Source of the DNA: Gemmatimonadota bacterium
Lineage (GTDB): Bacteria; Gemmatimonadota; Gemmatimonadetes; Palauibacterales; Palauibacteraceae
Assembly (NCBI GenBank): GCA_963666735.1
Contig: OY762926.1
Coordinates: forward strand, 2,368,001-2,432,000
Length of the DNA stretch: 64,000 bases
Direction of reading: 5' to 3'
The notes beneath the pieces are model-generated. The model was not told the DNA's origin, did no database searches, and saw nothing but the letters and a program-made list of their open reading frames with translations. This document shows positions 10,046 to 20,730 of the stretch, one piece after another (the stretch's first letter is position 1; each line of letters opens with the position of its first letter). The position numbers and the translations under genes are program-made.

Positions 10046-11439
10046 GCGACCACCTTTCCCGGGTTCATGAGGCGCTTCGGGTCGAGCGCCTCCTTGATCG
10101 AACGCATGGCGTCGACCGCATCTCCGTGCTGCGCCCGCATGTAGGGGATCTTCCCGTAACCGACCCCGTGCTCGCCGGTGCAGGTGCCGCCGACCGCGAT
10201 CGCCTGCTCGATCATGCGCGCGTTCACCCGCTTCGCCCGCGCCATCTCCTCTTCATCGTCCGGATCGATGATGAAGAGAACGTGGAAATTGCCGTCTCCC
10301 GCGTGGGCCACGATCGGCGCCAGCAGACCCTCCGCGTCGATGGCTTCGCGGGTCTTCAGTAGACATTCGGCGAGCGAGGAGATCGGGACGCAGACATCCG
10401 TCGCCCACCCCCGGGCTCCCGGACGCAGGGCAAGCGAGGCGTAGTAGGCCTCGTGCCGGGCCGCCCACAGCCGCGACCGCTCCCCGGCGCGCGTGGCCCA
10501 CTCGAAGTCCGTTCCGCCCAGTTCCTTCGCGATGAGGCCCACTTCGGCCGACTGCTCCTCGACACCGGCGGCCGATCCGTGGAACTCGAAGAAGAGCGTG
10601 GGACGCACGGGATAGTCGAAGTCGGAATACCGGTTCACCGCGTCCATCTGCACTTCGTCGAGGAGTTCGGCGCGCGCGACCGGCACTCCGCTCTGGATCG
10701 TGTGGATCACGGCGTCCACCGCGTCGGCCAGCGTCGGGAAGGAACACACCGCCGAGGCGATCGCCTCCGGAATCCCGTGCAGCCGGAGCAGGACTTCCGT
10801 GATGATGCCGATCGTGCCCTCGGAGCCGACGAAGAGCCGCGTGAGGTCGTAGCCCGCCGACGATTTACGCGCGCGCCCGCCCGTCCGGATCACCGCGCCG
10901 TCCGGGAGCACGACGGTGAGGCCGAGCACGTTTTCCCGCATCGTGCCGTAGCGGACGGTGGTCGTCCCGGAGGCCCCGGTCGCGGCCATCCCGCCGAGGC
11001 TCGCATCGGCGCCCGGGTCGATGGGGAAGAACAGGCCCGTCCCCTTCAAGTGCTGCTCCAGCGCCATGCGCGTCATCCCCGCCTCGACGCGGCAGTCCAT
11101 GTCCTCGGGGTTGAGTTCGACGAGGCGCTTGAGGCCGCTCGTCGCGATCGTCACCCCCCCGCGCAGCGCGGCGACATGCCCCTCGAGCGAGGTCCCGGCC
11201 CCGAACCCGATCATCGGGACGTCGTGCCGGTGGCAGGCGCGCACGACCGCGGACACCTCGGCCGTCGACGCGGGGAAGACCACCGCGTCGGGCGGCTCGT
11301 TGGCGTGGAACGACTCGCCTTCGCCGTGCTGCCGGCGCATCGCCTCGGCCATCGTGAAACGGTCGCCGAACACCTGTTCGAGTTCGTTCTCGAGCGCCGC
11401 CGGGAGCGGGGTCCGTTGCGTCGGTGTGATCGTGCTCAT
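10042..11439 (-). CDS. FAD-linked oxidase, D-lactate dehydrogenase/GlcD family
   Basis: GAGTSLEG, SSAGYDLTRLFVGSEGT, HAGDGNFH, GEHGVG, MNPGK. Confidence 0.93.
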   Translation of the reverse strand: MSTITPTQRTPLPAALENELEQVFGDRFTMAEAMRRQHGEGESFHANEPPDAVVFPASTAEVSAVVRACHRHDVPMIGFGAGTSLEGHVAALRGGVTIATSGLKRLVELNPEDMDCRVEAGMTRMALEQHLKGTGLFFPIDPGADASLGGMAATGASGTTTVRYGTMRENVLGLTVVLPDGAVIRTGGRARKSSAGYDLTRLFVGSEGTIGIITEVLLRLHGIPEAIASAVCSFPTLADAVDAVIHTIQSGVPVARAELLDEVQMDAVNRYSDFDYPVRPTLFFEFHGSAAGVEEQSAEVGLIAKELGGTDFEWATRAGERSRLWAARHEAYYASLALRPGARGWATDVCVPISSLAECLLKTREAIDAEGLLAPIVAHAGDGNFHVLFIIDPDDEEEMARAKRVNARMIEQAIAVGGTCTGEHGVGYGKIPYMRAQHGDAVDAMRSIKEALDPKRLMNPGKVVA

Positions 11440-11545
11440 GCCGGACGTTGCCGCCCGGCCCCGCCCTGCGTCAAACGCGTGCGGGGGCCGGCCATTCCGC
11501 ACCCCGTCTCTTGACCGGTGCCCGCGCCGCCCGGACTTTGCGCGC

Positions 11546-12022
11546 ATGGACATGCGTGGAGTGATGCTCTTTCTGCATCTGACCGGGCTGGCGCTGTGGT
11601 TCGGCGTCACCTTCTCGCTCGCGATCCTCGGCGTCCGGGCCAACAAGACGGGCGACCGGAACGTGATCGCGTTCATCTATCGCGCCGGCCACCGGCTGCT
11701 CAGGGGTCCCGGGCTCATCGGCATGGTGCTGACCACCGTCGCCGGATTCGGGCTCGCCGGCCTGGGCGGCTACGGCGTCTTCCGGCTCACGCCGCACTGG
11801 CAGTTTCAGATGCAGGTGCTGGGGCTGATCGCGTTCGCCCTCGCGGTGGCGATTCAGATCCCCAACTCGGGCCGGCTCGCGCGCGCGGCGGAAGCCTCCG
11901 CCACCGCCGGCGAGGACAGCGCCTCGTTCCTTCGTTTCCGGAAGACGAACGCGATCGTGGCCTCGATCAACGGCGTGCTGATCCTGATCGTGACGCTGCT
12001 GGGGACCATCCGCCCCATGTAG
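11546..12022 (+). CDS. Four-helix membrane protein (DUF2269/CopD-like)
   Basis: Four hydrophobic segments, N-terminal FLHLTGLALWFG. Confidence 0.65.
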   Translation: MDMRGVMLFLHLTGLALWFGVTFSLAILGVRANKTGDRNVIAFIYRAGHRLLRGPGLIGMVLTTVAGFGLAGLGGYGVFRLTPHWQFQMQVLGLIAFALAVAIQIPNSGRLARAAEASATAGEDSASFLRFRKTNAIVASINGVLILIVTLLGTIRPM

Positions 12023-12037
12023 CGCCCGCAACCGCCC

Positions 12038-14368
12038 TCAGTTCCCCGGCACGCCGAGTCCGGCGAGCAACCCGAAGTGGTCCGCGCGCCCATAGGCCTC
12101 CTCGGCGGCTTCCACGTCTCCCAGGTGTTCCTCCGTCATGCCGTGCAGGTAGTACGCGAGGTAGTACTGGGCCGGGATGCTCGACTGCGTGGACGGCTCG
12201 GGCCACTCGTCCCACTCCAGGACGCCATCGAAGCGGAATACATCCCACAGCAGTTCGCTCGTGCGCGCCCGGTCGTTCCACGTCGGCGATATCGTGTTCG
12301 GCATGTACGCGCGCAGGTTCACGAGGTCGTCCGTCTCCTCGAGCGCCGCGTCCACGAGCTTGAAGGCCAGCCCGTGCCGCACGAGGTGCGGCTGCAGCCC
12401 CCACTTTCCGTACACCGGCGGGGCCGTCGCCGCGAAGTAGACCGGCCGGTCCCCCAGCGACTGCTGCATGATGTGGAACACGAGGATGTCGGGATAGAGA
12501 ATCGAGTCCCCGCCACGCACGGTCGCCGTCACCGCGCTCGACACCCGGAATGCCGTGTCCTGCTCGATCGCGATACCCGGCGCGAGCCCATCGATCTGCG
12601 CGTCGTTCAGGGCGATGATCGAGCGCGTCGGAGACGGCGCCGCCGCATCGGCGTACGGGCTCGCCGCATTCGCCGCATCGAAGGGACGCTGGCACACGAT
12701 GGTTGTGGGAGAATCCGCCGCGGACACCCCCGGCTCGCAGGGCGTCGTCAGGGACCGCAGCTGTTTCGGATACCAGTCCGTGCCGAGGTAGGAGTGGACG
12801 ATGACGGTCACGTCGCGCCGAATCCCCTCCACTTCCTGCAGATACCAGAGCGGAAACGTGTCGTTGTCCCCGTTCGTGAACAGCACGCCGTAGGGTTCCA
12901 CCGACTGCAGGATGTTGTACGCCCAGTCGCGGGCCGCGCTGTCCTCCGTCCGGTCCGCGCGCGCGAAGTTGAAGAAGAAGGGCACGAACGCGACGGCGAG
13001 GATCGGCGCCGCCCTCCAGTGCCGCTCGTTGAAGCCGGCCGGGCGGTCCTCCGGCGGACGCGTCCTGCCCGGTAGCGCGGCGGTCCTCTGTCGGGCCGGG
13101 ACGGTCCAGTTGCCCCACAGCGAGACGAGTCCCAGTCCGGCGTAGATCCCCCACAACTGGAAGCCGATGATGTAGAAGTAGTCGCGCTCCCGCACCTCGT
13201 GCAGGAGCATGTTCGGCGCCTCCTCCAAGTACAGCGAGTAGCCGTACTTGAAGTTGAGATAGTAGACGAGAAGGAGCGTGACCGTGAAGAAGAGGGTGCC
13301 CGCGTAGACGAAGCGCTTCCGGTCGCTCCGGAAGTGGGTCCAGAGGCCGACCAGCGCGAGGAAGAGGAAGAGCATGCTTGCGGCGATCCGGCCGGCCGGC
13401 GGCAGCGAGCGCGCCCACTGCCAGTCGAAGTACTGCCAGTAGTTCGCGTATTGGGCGGACAGCGGGGCCTGGCGCTGCGTGACGGGTCCCGGGCCGTACT
13501 GATCGCGGATCAGCGACAGGGCCAGCGGCTCGCACGCGACGGAGAGTTTGCTGTTCCCGAAGCGGTCGTCGATCCGACTGGGCGTCACGGCCGATATGAG
13601 CGTCGGACACTCCGGGTCCGCCTCGTCGATGATCGGGTTCTGCGCCGACCGAATGGGGATGAAGAGGAGCTGCACCGAGTAGCCGACCGCGAACAGCGCC
13701 ACGCCCAGACCGAGAACGCGCGGGTTCAGGGCGGCCCGCCAGCGGTGCAGGAGGACAAAGAGCGCGAGCGCCGGGCCCGGCAGCAGCGACATGGTGTGAT
13801 TCGACCAGCCCAAACCGAGCAGGAGCGCGATCAACACGAGCAGCCGGTTCCCGCGCGCGGTGTCCGCCTCGTCCACCCAGACCATCGTCAGATAGCTCAC
13901 GAGGGAGACGACGAAGAGCGAGAGCGTGTAGACCTTCTCGTTCAGGTTCGACTGGGTCCACACGGTGAAGGCCGTCGCTCCGATCCACACGGCGACCATC
14001 GAAGCCACAAGGATCTCGTGCCGGTTCTCGCGAAAGTGCGCGACCATGCGCGCCACGGAAAGGAACCAGAAGAAGCTCGCCCCGGCGGAGAGCGTCGCGC
14101 TCAGCACGTTGATCCTGAGGGCGACCGGGAGGCCGGTGAAGCCGAGCAGGAGGTCCCATACGCGGCCCACGAGGACGAAGAACGGGTTCCCCGGCGGGTG
14201 CGGGAGCCCGAGGATGTGCGCCGTCGTCACGTATTCCGACGTGTCCCAGAAACCCGTCGTGGGCGCGATCGTCAGCAGATAGAGCGACCACACGGCGAGG
14301 GCCGTGACAAGCCCCCACAGACGCAGCGTCAGCGGACCGATCTTCTCGCGCTCGATGCCGTTCATCAC
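12038..14368 (-). CDS. DUF2723/TMEM260-like GT-C membrane glycosyltransferase
   Basis: FWDTSEY, LGLPHPPGNP, FTNGDNDTFPLWYLQEVEG; many TM helices. Confidence 0.88.
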   Translation of the reverse strand: MMNGIEREKIGPLTLRLWGLVTALAVWSLYLLTIAPTTGFWDTSEYVTTAHILGLPHPPGNPFFVLVGRVWDLLLGFTGLPVALRINVLSATLSAGASFFWFLSVARMVAHFRENRHEILVASMVAVWIGATAFTVWTQSNLNEKVYTLSLFVVSLVSYLTMVWVDEADTARGNRLLVLIALLLGLGWSNHTMSLLPGPALALFVLLHRWRAALNPRVLGLGVALFAVGYSVQLLFIPIRSAQNPIIDEADPECPTLISAVTPSRIDDRFGNSKLSVACEPLALSLIRDQYGPGPVTQRQAPLSAQYANYWQYFDWQWARSLPPAGRIAASMLFLFLALVGLWTHFRSDRKRFVYAGTLFFTVTLLLVYYLNFKYGYSLYLEEAPNMLLHEVRERDYFYIIGFQLWGIYAGLGLVSLWGNWTVPARQRTAALPGRTRPPEDRPAGFNERHWRAAPILAVAFVPFFFNFARADRTEDSAARDWAYNILQSVEPYGVLFTNGDNDTFPLWYLQEVEGIRRDVTVIVHSYLGTDWYPKQLRSLTTPCEPGVSAADSPTTIVCQRPFDAANAASPYADAAAPSPTRSIIALNDAQIDGLAPGIAIEQDTAFRVSSAVTATVRGGDSILYPDILVFHIMQQSLGDRPVYFAATAPPVYGKWGLQPHLVRHGLAFKLVDAALEETDDLVNLRAYMPNTISPTWNDRARTSELLWDVFRFDGVLEWDEWPEPSTQSSIPAQYYLAYYLHGMTEEHLGDVEAAEEAYGRADHFGLLAGLGVPGN

Positions 14369-14503
14369 GCCGGTGCTACGCCGCTCCGTTCACGAAGTTC
14401 GCGTGGGGAGATGCCGCCGCGAGTCTGGAACGGCCGCGGCGGTTCTATGTGCGCGCCGAAACTAGCCGCCGGTCGCGACGGGAGCGAGCCACCCCGCAGC
14501 CTG

Positions 14504-15718
14504 TCAGGAGCCGGCCCGGGCGAGCGGCCAGAGCTGAACGTACTCGATCCGAAATTCGTCGTACGCGGCGCCGAGGATGTAGTCGGGGCCGATTTCGAAC
14601 ACTCGCAGGCCGGGCGGAGTCTCCATGAAACCGAGCACCCGGCCCGCAGGGTCGAACACGGTCCAGACACGGTCGGTTTCGCCGGGCTGACGGTACTCTT
14701 CGACCCAAAGATGCTCGAGCCCGTCCACGCGGATGGTGTTGAACGCGGGGAACGCCTCGGTCAGCGCCATGTCGGCCACCTCGGCCAACGCGGCGGAGCG
14801 TTCCTCGCCGGACAGGTTCTCGTACCGCCGGGCGTGGTATGCGTCGAGGTCCGCGCGGGTGGGGCGCCGAGCTTCGTGGTCGCGTCGCACGATCCGCCTC
14901 GGCCCGCCGTCCGTGGCGTAGGCGCGGATTTCATAGCGGTCGTTGGCGCCGATCACGACAAGCTCTCCCCACACGGCGTAGATCGGGGAGCGGCTGAAGG
15001 GGTGCGGCCGGACGGACATTTCCTCCGCATTGGCGGACCATTCCCTGCCCGGATGCGTACCCAGCGTCGAATGTGCGCGGCCATCCGCCTCGACGATCCC
15101 GTACTCGAGCTCTATGCGAGCCACTCCGTCCGGGAAATCACCATCGGGAGGGCGAAAACTCGAAACCGTCCCGGCGAACAGCTTCCCCCCGGGCAGGAGT
15201 CCGATCAGGCGGTAGAAGGGATTCGGCAGCGAAACCGTGCGGCCGTGTTCTCCGTTCGCGTCGAAGACGGAGAACCGCCTCGCGTACGTGTCCGAGGCCG
15301 AGATGGAGTCGCCCGGCCAGCGCCCGACTGCGGAGGGCCCGCCGAGGCCGAATTCCCCCGGCCCCTCCCCCTCGCCCCCCCAGGTGCCCAGGTGGGCGCC
15401 GGTTTCGTCGAACATCCGCAGTTCGGCGGAACCCGCGTTCGCGACCACGATCCTTCCATCGGGGAGCCGGGTCGCATCCGCAACCCGGAACAGTTCGTAG
15501 GCGGGATCGCCTTCGACGGCGCCGAGCGAGAGTGTGGGCTCCGGGCCGATCCGCCACCCGAGCCGCGTATCGGACGCGGGCCTTTCATTCTCGACGACCG
15601 TCACGCCCGCGCTGTCCCGAACCACCGATTGAAGGCCGGCGTTCGCGCCCTGTGCGCCGCCGTAGGCAAGGAAAGAGGCCGTGGTCGCGAACAACCCGCC
15701 GAGAAACACGCTCCGCAT
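14504..15718 (-). CDS. Exported six-bladed beta-propeller protein (array copy 7)
   Basis: RDSAGV, GEGPGEF, C-terminal DEFRIEYV. Confidence 0.8.
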   Translation of the reverse strand: MRSVFLGGLFATTASFLAYGGAQGANAGLQSVVRDSAGVTVVENERPASDTRLGWRIGPEPTLSLGAVEGDPAYELFRVADATRLPDGRIVVANAGSAELRMFDETGAHLGTWGGEGEGPGEFGLGGPSAVGRWPGDSISASDTYARRFSVFDANGEHGRTVSLPNPFYRLIGLLPGGKLFAGTVSSFRPPDGDFPDGVARIELEYGIVEADGRAHSTLGTHPGREWSANAEEMSVRPHPFSRSPIYAVWGELVVIGANDRYEIRAYATDGGPRRIVRRDHEARRPTRADLDAYHARRYENLSGEERSAALAEVADMALTEAFPAFNTIRVDGLEHLWVEEYRQPGETDRVWTVFDPAGRVLGFMETPPGLRVFEIGPDYILGAAYDEFRIEYVQLWPLARAGS

Positions 15719-15763
15719 GCTTACCTCCAGGTTTTCCTCAACGGCCGGCCGCGATCGTCTTGC

Positions 15764-16969
15764 TCAACGGCCGCCCGCGATCGTGACCAGCTCCGGGGGG
15801 AGAGGGTAGAGGGACACATACTCGATGTCGAGTTCGTCGGTTTCCGTTGCGATCAGGCGCCACCGGCCGACGCGCGTGAGGTTGGCGTTCGGAGGGAGCG
15901 CGAGGCGGCCCAGGAGGCGTCCTTCTCCGTCGAACGCGAGCCACCGTTCCCCTTCGGGATCGCCCGGGCGAGGCATCTCCCCTACCCACACGCCCCCGTC
16001 CGGGGCGGGACGAAGTCCGGACACGGTGCCGAACTGCTCGGCGGCGGGTGTCGCGTCGAAGCGGCGCAGGGCCGATTGCCGCTGTTCGTCCGGCACCCGG
16101 CGGCTTAGGGCCTCGCGGGCCGCGGCCACATGCGCCTCCCTGACGGTGCGGTCGCGTCCCGTCCAGCGGATCAGCCGGGTCAGCCGCCCTGCAAAATCGA
16201 GGATGCGGACCTCGTACGCATTCCCCGGCGTGAGCGCGATGCCGTCCCTCAGGGCGCGAGCTCCGGCCAGTCCCTCGAAGTGCCGGGCGACGAAGACGGT
16301 CTCGTCGCCGATTTCGACGGGCCCGAGGTTCCAGCCGGGGACATTGAACACCGTATCCCGGGAGGCTCCCGTCGCGTCGTAGCGCATCCCGGTGAGCGGC
16401 GACCACGTGAACTCGCCGGAGCGGGTCATGCGGAGGCTTGTGACGAGGACGCTCCCGTCCCCGAAGCGTCCCGCGGGAATCGGAGCCGCCGGGACCGGGC
16501 GCAGCGGACTCACCGAGAGGAACCTTCCACCCTCGGTCCAGTAGGCGAGCCGCCGGTTTCTCCAGTCGTAGATCACCAGGGAGTCGGCCCCCGCCTTCCA
16601 CAGCCGTTGTGGGAGGCCGAATTCCCGCGGACCCTGGCCCAGAGACCCGAAGAAGGCGCGGATCGTACCGTCCGGGTTGAAGAAGCGGAGGAGCGGCTCG
16701 ATCTGGGCCGCTACGGCAACGGATCCGTCGTCCAGCTCAAGTGCGTCGACGACCCGAAACATCTGCTCCTCGGGCGGGCCGTCCCGCCGGCCCAGCCGCA
16801 GCTTCCTCTCGGGGAGGACCAACTCGGGAACGTTTCCCCCGTTCTCGGCGATCTCGATGCCCGCGCTGTCGCGCACGGAGAACTCCCGGGACCGGTCACC
16901 GGAGGAAGCCTCGCACCCGATGCACAGGACCGCCGCAGCCAGGGATGTTGCCGCGCGGAAGTTGTCCAT
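15764..16969 (-). CDS. Beta-propeller lipoprotein (copy 6)
   Basis: CIGC lipobox, RDSAGI, GQGPREF, DELDIEYV. Confidence 0.8.
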   Translation of the reverse strand: MDNFRAATSLAAAVLCIGCEASSGDRSREFSVRDSAGIEIAENGGNVPELVLPERKLRLGRRDGPPEEQMFRVVDALELDDGSVAVAAQIEPLLRFFNPDGTIRAFFGSLGQGPREFGLPQRLWKAGADSLVIYDWRNRRLAYWTEGGRFLSVSPLRPVPAAPIPAGRFGDGSVLVTSLRMTRSGEFTWSPLTGMRYDATGASRDTVFNVPGWNLGPVEIGDETVFVARHFEGLAGARALRDGIALTPGNAYEVRILDFAGRLTRLIRWTGRDRTVREAHVAAAREALSRRVPDEQRQSALRRFDATPAAEQFGTVSGLRPAPDGGVWVGEMPRPGDPEGERWLAFDGEGRLLGRLALPPNANLTRVGRWRLIATETDELDIEYVSLYPLPPELVTIAGGR

Positions 16970-16978
16970 CCATCCCTC

Positions 16979-18139
16979 CTACGGGATCCGGGCGAAGCGG
17001 ACGCGTACGGCTCGCCAGACATCGAGAGAGTCGCGCGTCGTGCCGTAGAGGGCCGTCTCGGTGACCCAGGGAGATCCGAGGTGGCTGACGCGGCGCGGCC
17101 AGCGGTAGCGCGCCACCAGCGTTCCCGCGCGGTAGACATCGGCTTCACGCATCTGCTGTCCCTCGACACCCGTCTTCTCCACCCACATCCGGCCGGCGCG
17201 ATCGAAGAAGAGTCCTTCGAGGACCGGCTTGCGATCCGGGATCCCCCATGGGTGTGCCCGCAGGTCGAATCTCTCCTTCTCCCGGTCGATGCGGGCTTGC
17301 GCGCCGCGCCGCTCATCCGGGCTCAACTCCGGTCCCCGCAGCGGCGCCCGGACCAATGACGTGCTCCCGTCGGGATGGCGGAGCGTGACCGCGTACGCGG
17401 AACTGATCGCCGTGGCCCACCAGCCTCCCGTCCCGTGCCCGTGAATCCATAGCGGACCGAAGGGCTGGTAAACGAAGAATGAGGCGGCCTGATCTCCAAT
17501 CATGATGTCGACCGGGCTGAAGCCGGTGGCCTGCTCCTCGGCCGTCGCCATCGGGACCGTATCCACGGTCGTGCCGGGACCCAGGTGAAAGCGTGTGAAC
17601 CGGGTGTCGCCGGCCGCCATCCCGAGATCCACGAGCCGGCCCTCCGCGTCGAAGGTCACCGGAGCGATCAGGTTGAAGGAGGCGTTGAGGCTCCTGAGGC
17701 CGCGTACGTACTCCGCGCCCTCGTCCTCGAGTCTGAACGCGCTGTAGCGGACACTCTCCCGAACCCAAAGGAGGCCGTTGGGCCCGAACGTCATGCAGCA
17801 GGGATTCGTCATCTCGCCGGGACCCTCCCCCTGGCCGCCGAAGCTGAAGGCGAAGCGGCCGTCCGGCTCGAACACCCGCACCTCGTGAGTCTGGTAGTCC
17901 GCGACGATCATCCGCCCGCGTTCGTCTTCCACCACGGAGCCGATGGTCGTGAACAGGTAGGGATCCTCCCCCTCGACCTCGCCGATCTCGAGGTCGACCG
18001 ACCCCTCCCAGACCGGGACTTCGCGCGGCGCCTGGGAACCGCCATTCGTACACGCGCTGACGCCCAGGACCAGCGCGACCCCAATCGCCATTCCGCCGAA
18101 TGTCCCCGCGTCCCCCGGGATCGCCGGTCCGGGCTTCAT
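16979..18139 (-). CDS. Beta-propeller lipoprotein (copy 5)
   Basis: VSAC lipobox, GEGPGEM, DSLDVW; ATGA overlap with the upstream gene. Confidence 0.8.
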   Translation of the reverse strand: MKPGPAIPGDAGTFGGMAIGVALVLGVSACTNGGSQAPREVPVWEGSVDLEIGEVEGEDPYLFTTIGSVVEDERGRMIVADYQTHEVRVFEPDGRFAFSFGGQGEGPGEMTNPCCMTFGPNGLLWVRESVRYSAFRLEDEGAEYVRGLRSLNASFNLIAPVTFDAEGRLVDLGMAAGDTRFTRFHLGPGTTVDTVPMATAEEQATGFSPVDIMIGDQAASFFVYQPFGPLWIHGHGTGGWWATAISSAYAVTLRHPDGSTSLVRAPLRGPELSPDERRGAQARIDREKERFDLRAHPWGIPDRKPVLEGLFFDRAGRMWVEKTGVEGQQMREADVYRAGTLVARYRWPRRVSHLGSPWVTETALYGTTRDSLDVWRAVRVRFARIP

Positions 18140-19404
18140 GAGCCGGAGCGGTCGAGAGGCCAGGACTCCACGTACTCGATGCCGAGTTCGTCTCGCCGGG
18201 TACCGAGGATGTAGTCCTCGCCGATCTCGGTGACGGCGAAGCTGCCGGGCATCTCGACCAGCCCGAGGGCGCGGCCCTCCGGATCGAATACGGTCCACAG
18301 CCGGTGCGTCTCCCCGGGCAGCCGGTATTCCTCGACCCAGAGGTGGCCCATCCGGTCGGCGAGCACCCGGCCGAAGGCGGGGAACGCCTCGACGAGCGGC
18401 ATGTCGGCGACCGCTTCCAGCGCCTCGGGCCGGCCGGGGTTCTGCCGGGCCACGGCGTCGCGCAGGTCGGCCCTGGTCGGAGCCCGGGCCTCGTGGTCGC
18501 GGCGGACGATCCTCGCGAGCGACCCGTCCGGCCGGTAGGCGCGGATCTCATAGCGGTCGTTGGTGGTGATGACGACCAGGTCACCCCACACGAAGGCGGA
18601 CGCGCTGCGATTGAAGGGATAGGCGCGGGGCCACGGCGGCCCCTCGGCCGTGTTGACGAGGTACAGTTCCGATCCGGGGTACGCGCCCAGATCCCGCTGC
18701 ACGCTCCCGTCCGCGTGGAGGATCCCATACTCCAGATCCGGCCGGATGACCTCCGAAGTGCCCGGTTCCCCGCGCTCGAACGTCACGAGCGTGGCGGCAA
18801 GGATCCTGCCGTCCGGGAGCGGCCCGGCCACCCGCTGGTAGCCGCCCGGCAGCCGGAGGGCGCGACCGAACGTCCCATCCGCGGAGAAGATTGAGATCCG
18901 GCTACTGAAGGAGTCTCTGGCCATTAGCGAGTCGCCCGGCCACGGTTCCACCCCTCCCGGAGCCATGGCTCCGAATTCGCCGGGACCATCGCCCTGGCCG
19001 CCCCACGATGCGAGGTGGACGCCGTCCGTGTGGTAGACGCGAAGCTCCCCGGTCCCTGCGTTGGCGACCACGATCCGTCCGTCCGAGAGTCGCATCGCGC
19101 CGCCTACCCGGAAGAGTTCGTACGCGGGGTCGCCCTCTGCCGTCCCGATGGTCGCGGTCGGCGTGGGCCCGACCCGCCATCCCAGCCGCGAATCGAGCGC
19201 GGGTCGGCCGTTGTCGACGACCATGACGCCGGCGCTGTCGCGCACCGTGCTTCGCAGGCCTCCAGCGCCTCCGCCGCCGCCCGGGCCGCCCGAGCACGCT
19301 GCCCAGAACATGCCACAGAGGACGCCGACGAGGACGGGCGGAAGGAACCCCGGAATCCGCATCGTGCCGGGTCTTCGGATGGTCATGGCTTGTCCAGTGG
19401 TCAT
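18136..19404 (-). CDS. Beta-propeller lipoprotein (copy 4)
   Basis: WAAC lipobox, RDSAGV, GDGPGEF, DELGIEYV; close paralog of 14504-15718. Confidence 0.8.
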   Translation of the reverse strand: MTTGQAMTIRRPGTMRIPGFLPPVLVGVLCGMFWAACSGGPGGGGGAGGLRSTVRDSAGVMVVDNGRPALDSRLGWRVGPTPTATIGTAEGDPAYELFRVGGAMRLSDGRIVVANAGTGELRVYHTDGVHLASWGGQGDGPGEFGAMAPGGVEPWPGDSLMARDSFSSRISIFSADGTFGRALRLPGGYQRVAGPLPDGRILAATLVTFERGEPGTSEVIRPDLEYGILHADGSVQRDLGAYPGSELYLVNTAEGPPWPRAYPFNRSASAFVWGDLVVITTNDRYEIRAYRPDGSLARIVRRDHEARAPTRADLRDAVARQNPGRPEALEAVADMPLVEAFPAFGRVLADRMGHLWVEEYRLPGETHRLWTVFDPEGRALGLVEMPGSFAVTEIGEDYILGTRRDELGIEYVESWPLDRSGS

Positions 19405-20669
19405 GGCTTGTCCAGGGGATAGAGGCGCACTTGCTGGATGTCCTGCGCGTCGCGCCATACGCCGAGGATGTAGTCGTCGCCGATTTCCAGACCCGGCGCG
19501 AAGTTCGGGATGAAGCCTCGTTCCAACCCGCCGGGCACGGAGACGCTGCCCAACCACGTGCCGTCGGCAGCGAAGACCTCGAAGGGCCCGATGTCTGTCC
19601 CGGCACCGAAGAACGGCTCCACCCAGAGATTCCCCCCGGCATCCAGGCGGATGGAGCGCAAGACTGGCAGCGTCGGGGCCCTGGGGTCCTCGCGCCGGCT
19701 CCGCGCCATGTCCTCCGCCTGTTCGCGCGAGACGCCGCCGTACAGGACGTTCGTCTCGATGTACTTCTCGATCTCGGCATCCACGTGGGCAGTCGTGACG
19801 GGGGGCGGCGCGATGTCGCGGTGCAGGATCCGCGCGATCCTGCCGTCTTCGAGGCTGAACAACCGTATTTGGTACGCCTCTGTATCGACGGCCGCGAGCG
19901 TCCCGGGAGCGACGGCGAACCGAGGCCCCTTTCCAAAATCGTAATCGATGCGCGCGACGCTTTCGCCATAACGTCGTATGACAATCTCTGGACCGGGAAA
20001 ATCCGACACCACCTTGATCGTCCCGTCCGAAAGATCGAGGGTGGCGATCCTGATCCCCGGCCATCTCACGACGCCTCCCTCGGGCATGTCACCGCCATCC
20101 GCGAAGTTCATGATCAGCCGGCGGCCCGAGACTCCCACGGCCGATCGAGGCCAAGACCCGCGCCAGGGCGGCTCCACCGGGAGCGTGCGGACGAGTTCGC
20201 CTTCAGCGTCGAAGATCTGTACGCGCCGCAGTCGGATGTCGTACGTAACGAGGGAGTCGCCCGCGAGCAAACCGAGGAAGGAGAGAAACTGGTGTTCGCC
20301 GGGCCCTTCGCCCGCTCCGGCCGCACGCCACACGAAGGTCTCGTTGCGATCGTAGCGGCGGAGTTCACCGGAGCCCCCGTCCGCGAGGACGATGTCGCCC
20401 GAGCTGAGGCGTACCGCCCCTATGACATCGTCGAGCAGGTAATCGGGATCTCCGATGGCGGTCCCGATCTCGAGCAACGGCTCTTCGCCCACGGTCCAGC
20501 CTTCGTCCGGCCCCCACAGCGGCTCGACAGCCGTGGCGACCGCCACGCCTGCGGAATCCGAGTGCAGCGTGCCCGTCGGCGCCCCCGTCGAATCACAGGC
20601 CTGCAGAACGAACACGACCAGGAGCGGAAGGAGACAACCGCGGCAGCGCGGCAGCCGTGACCGACCCAT
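19401..20669 (-). CDS. Beta-propeller lipoprotein (copy 3)
   Basis: LQAC lipobox, DSAGV, GEGPGE, DAQDIQQV. Confidence 0.8.
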   Translation of the reverse strand: MGRSRLPRCRGCLLPLLVVFVLQACDSTGAPTGTLHSDSAGVAVATAVEPLWGPDEGWTVGEEPLLEIGTAIGDPDYLLDDVIGAVRLSSGDIVLADGGSGELRRYDRNETFVWRAAGAGEGPGEHQFLSFLGLLAGDSLVTYDIRLRRVQIFDAEGELVRTLPVEPPWRGSWPRSAVGVSGRRLIMNFADGGDMPEGGVVRWPGIRIATLDLSDGTIKVVSDFPGPEIVIRRYGESVARIDYDFGKGPRFAVAPGTLAAVDTEAYQIRLFSLEDGRIARILHRDIAPPPVTTAHVDAEIEKYIETNVLYGGVSREQAEDMARSRREDPRAPTLPVLRSIRLDAGGNLWVEPFFGAGTDIGPFEVFAADGTWLGSVSVPGGLERGFIPNFAPGLEIGDDYILGVWRDAQDIQQVRLYPLDKP

Positions 20670-20730
20670 GACGCTCTCCCCGTGGCAGGTTCAGTGTGGC
20701 AAGTTCAGTCGTACCGAGCCGGAGACACGA

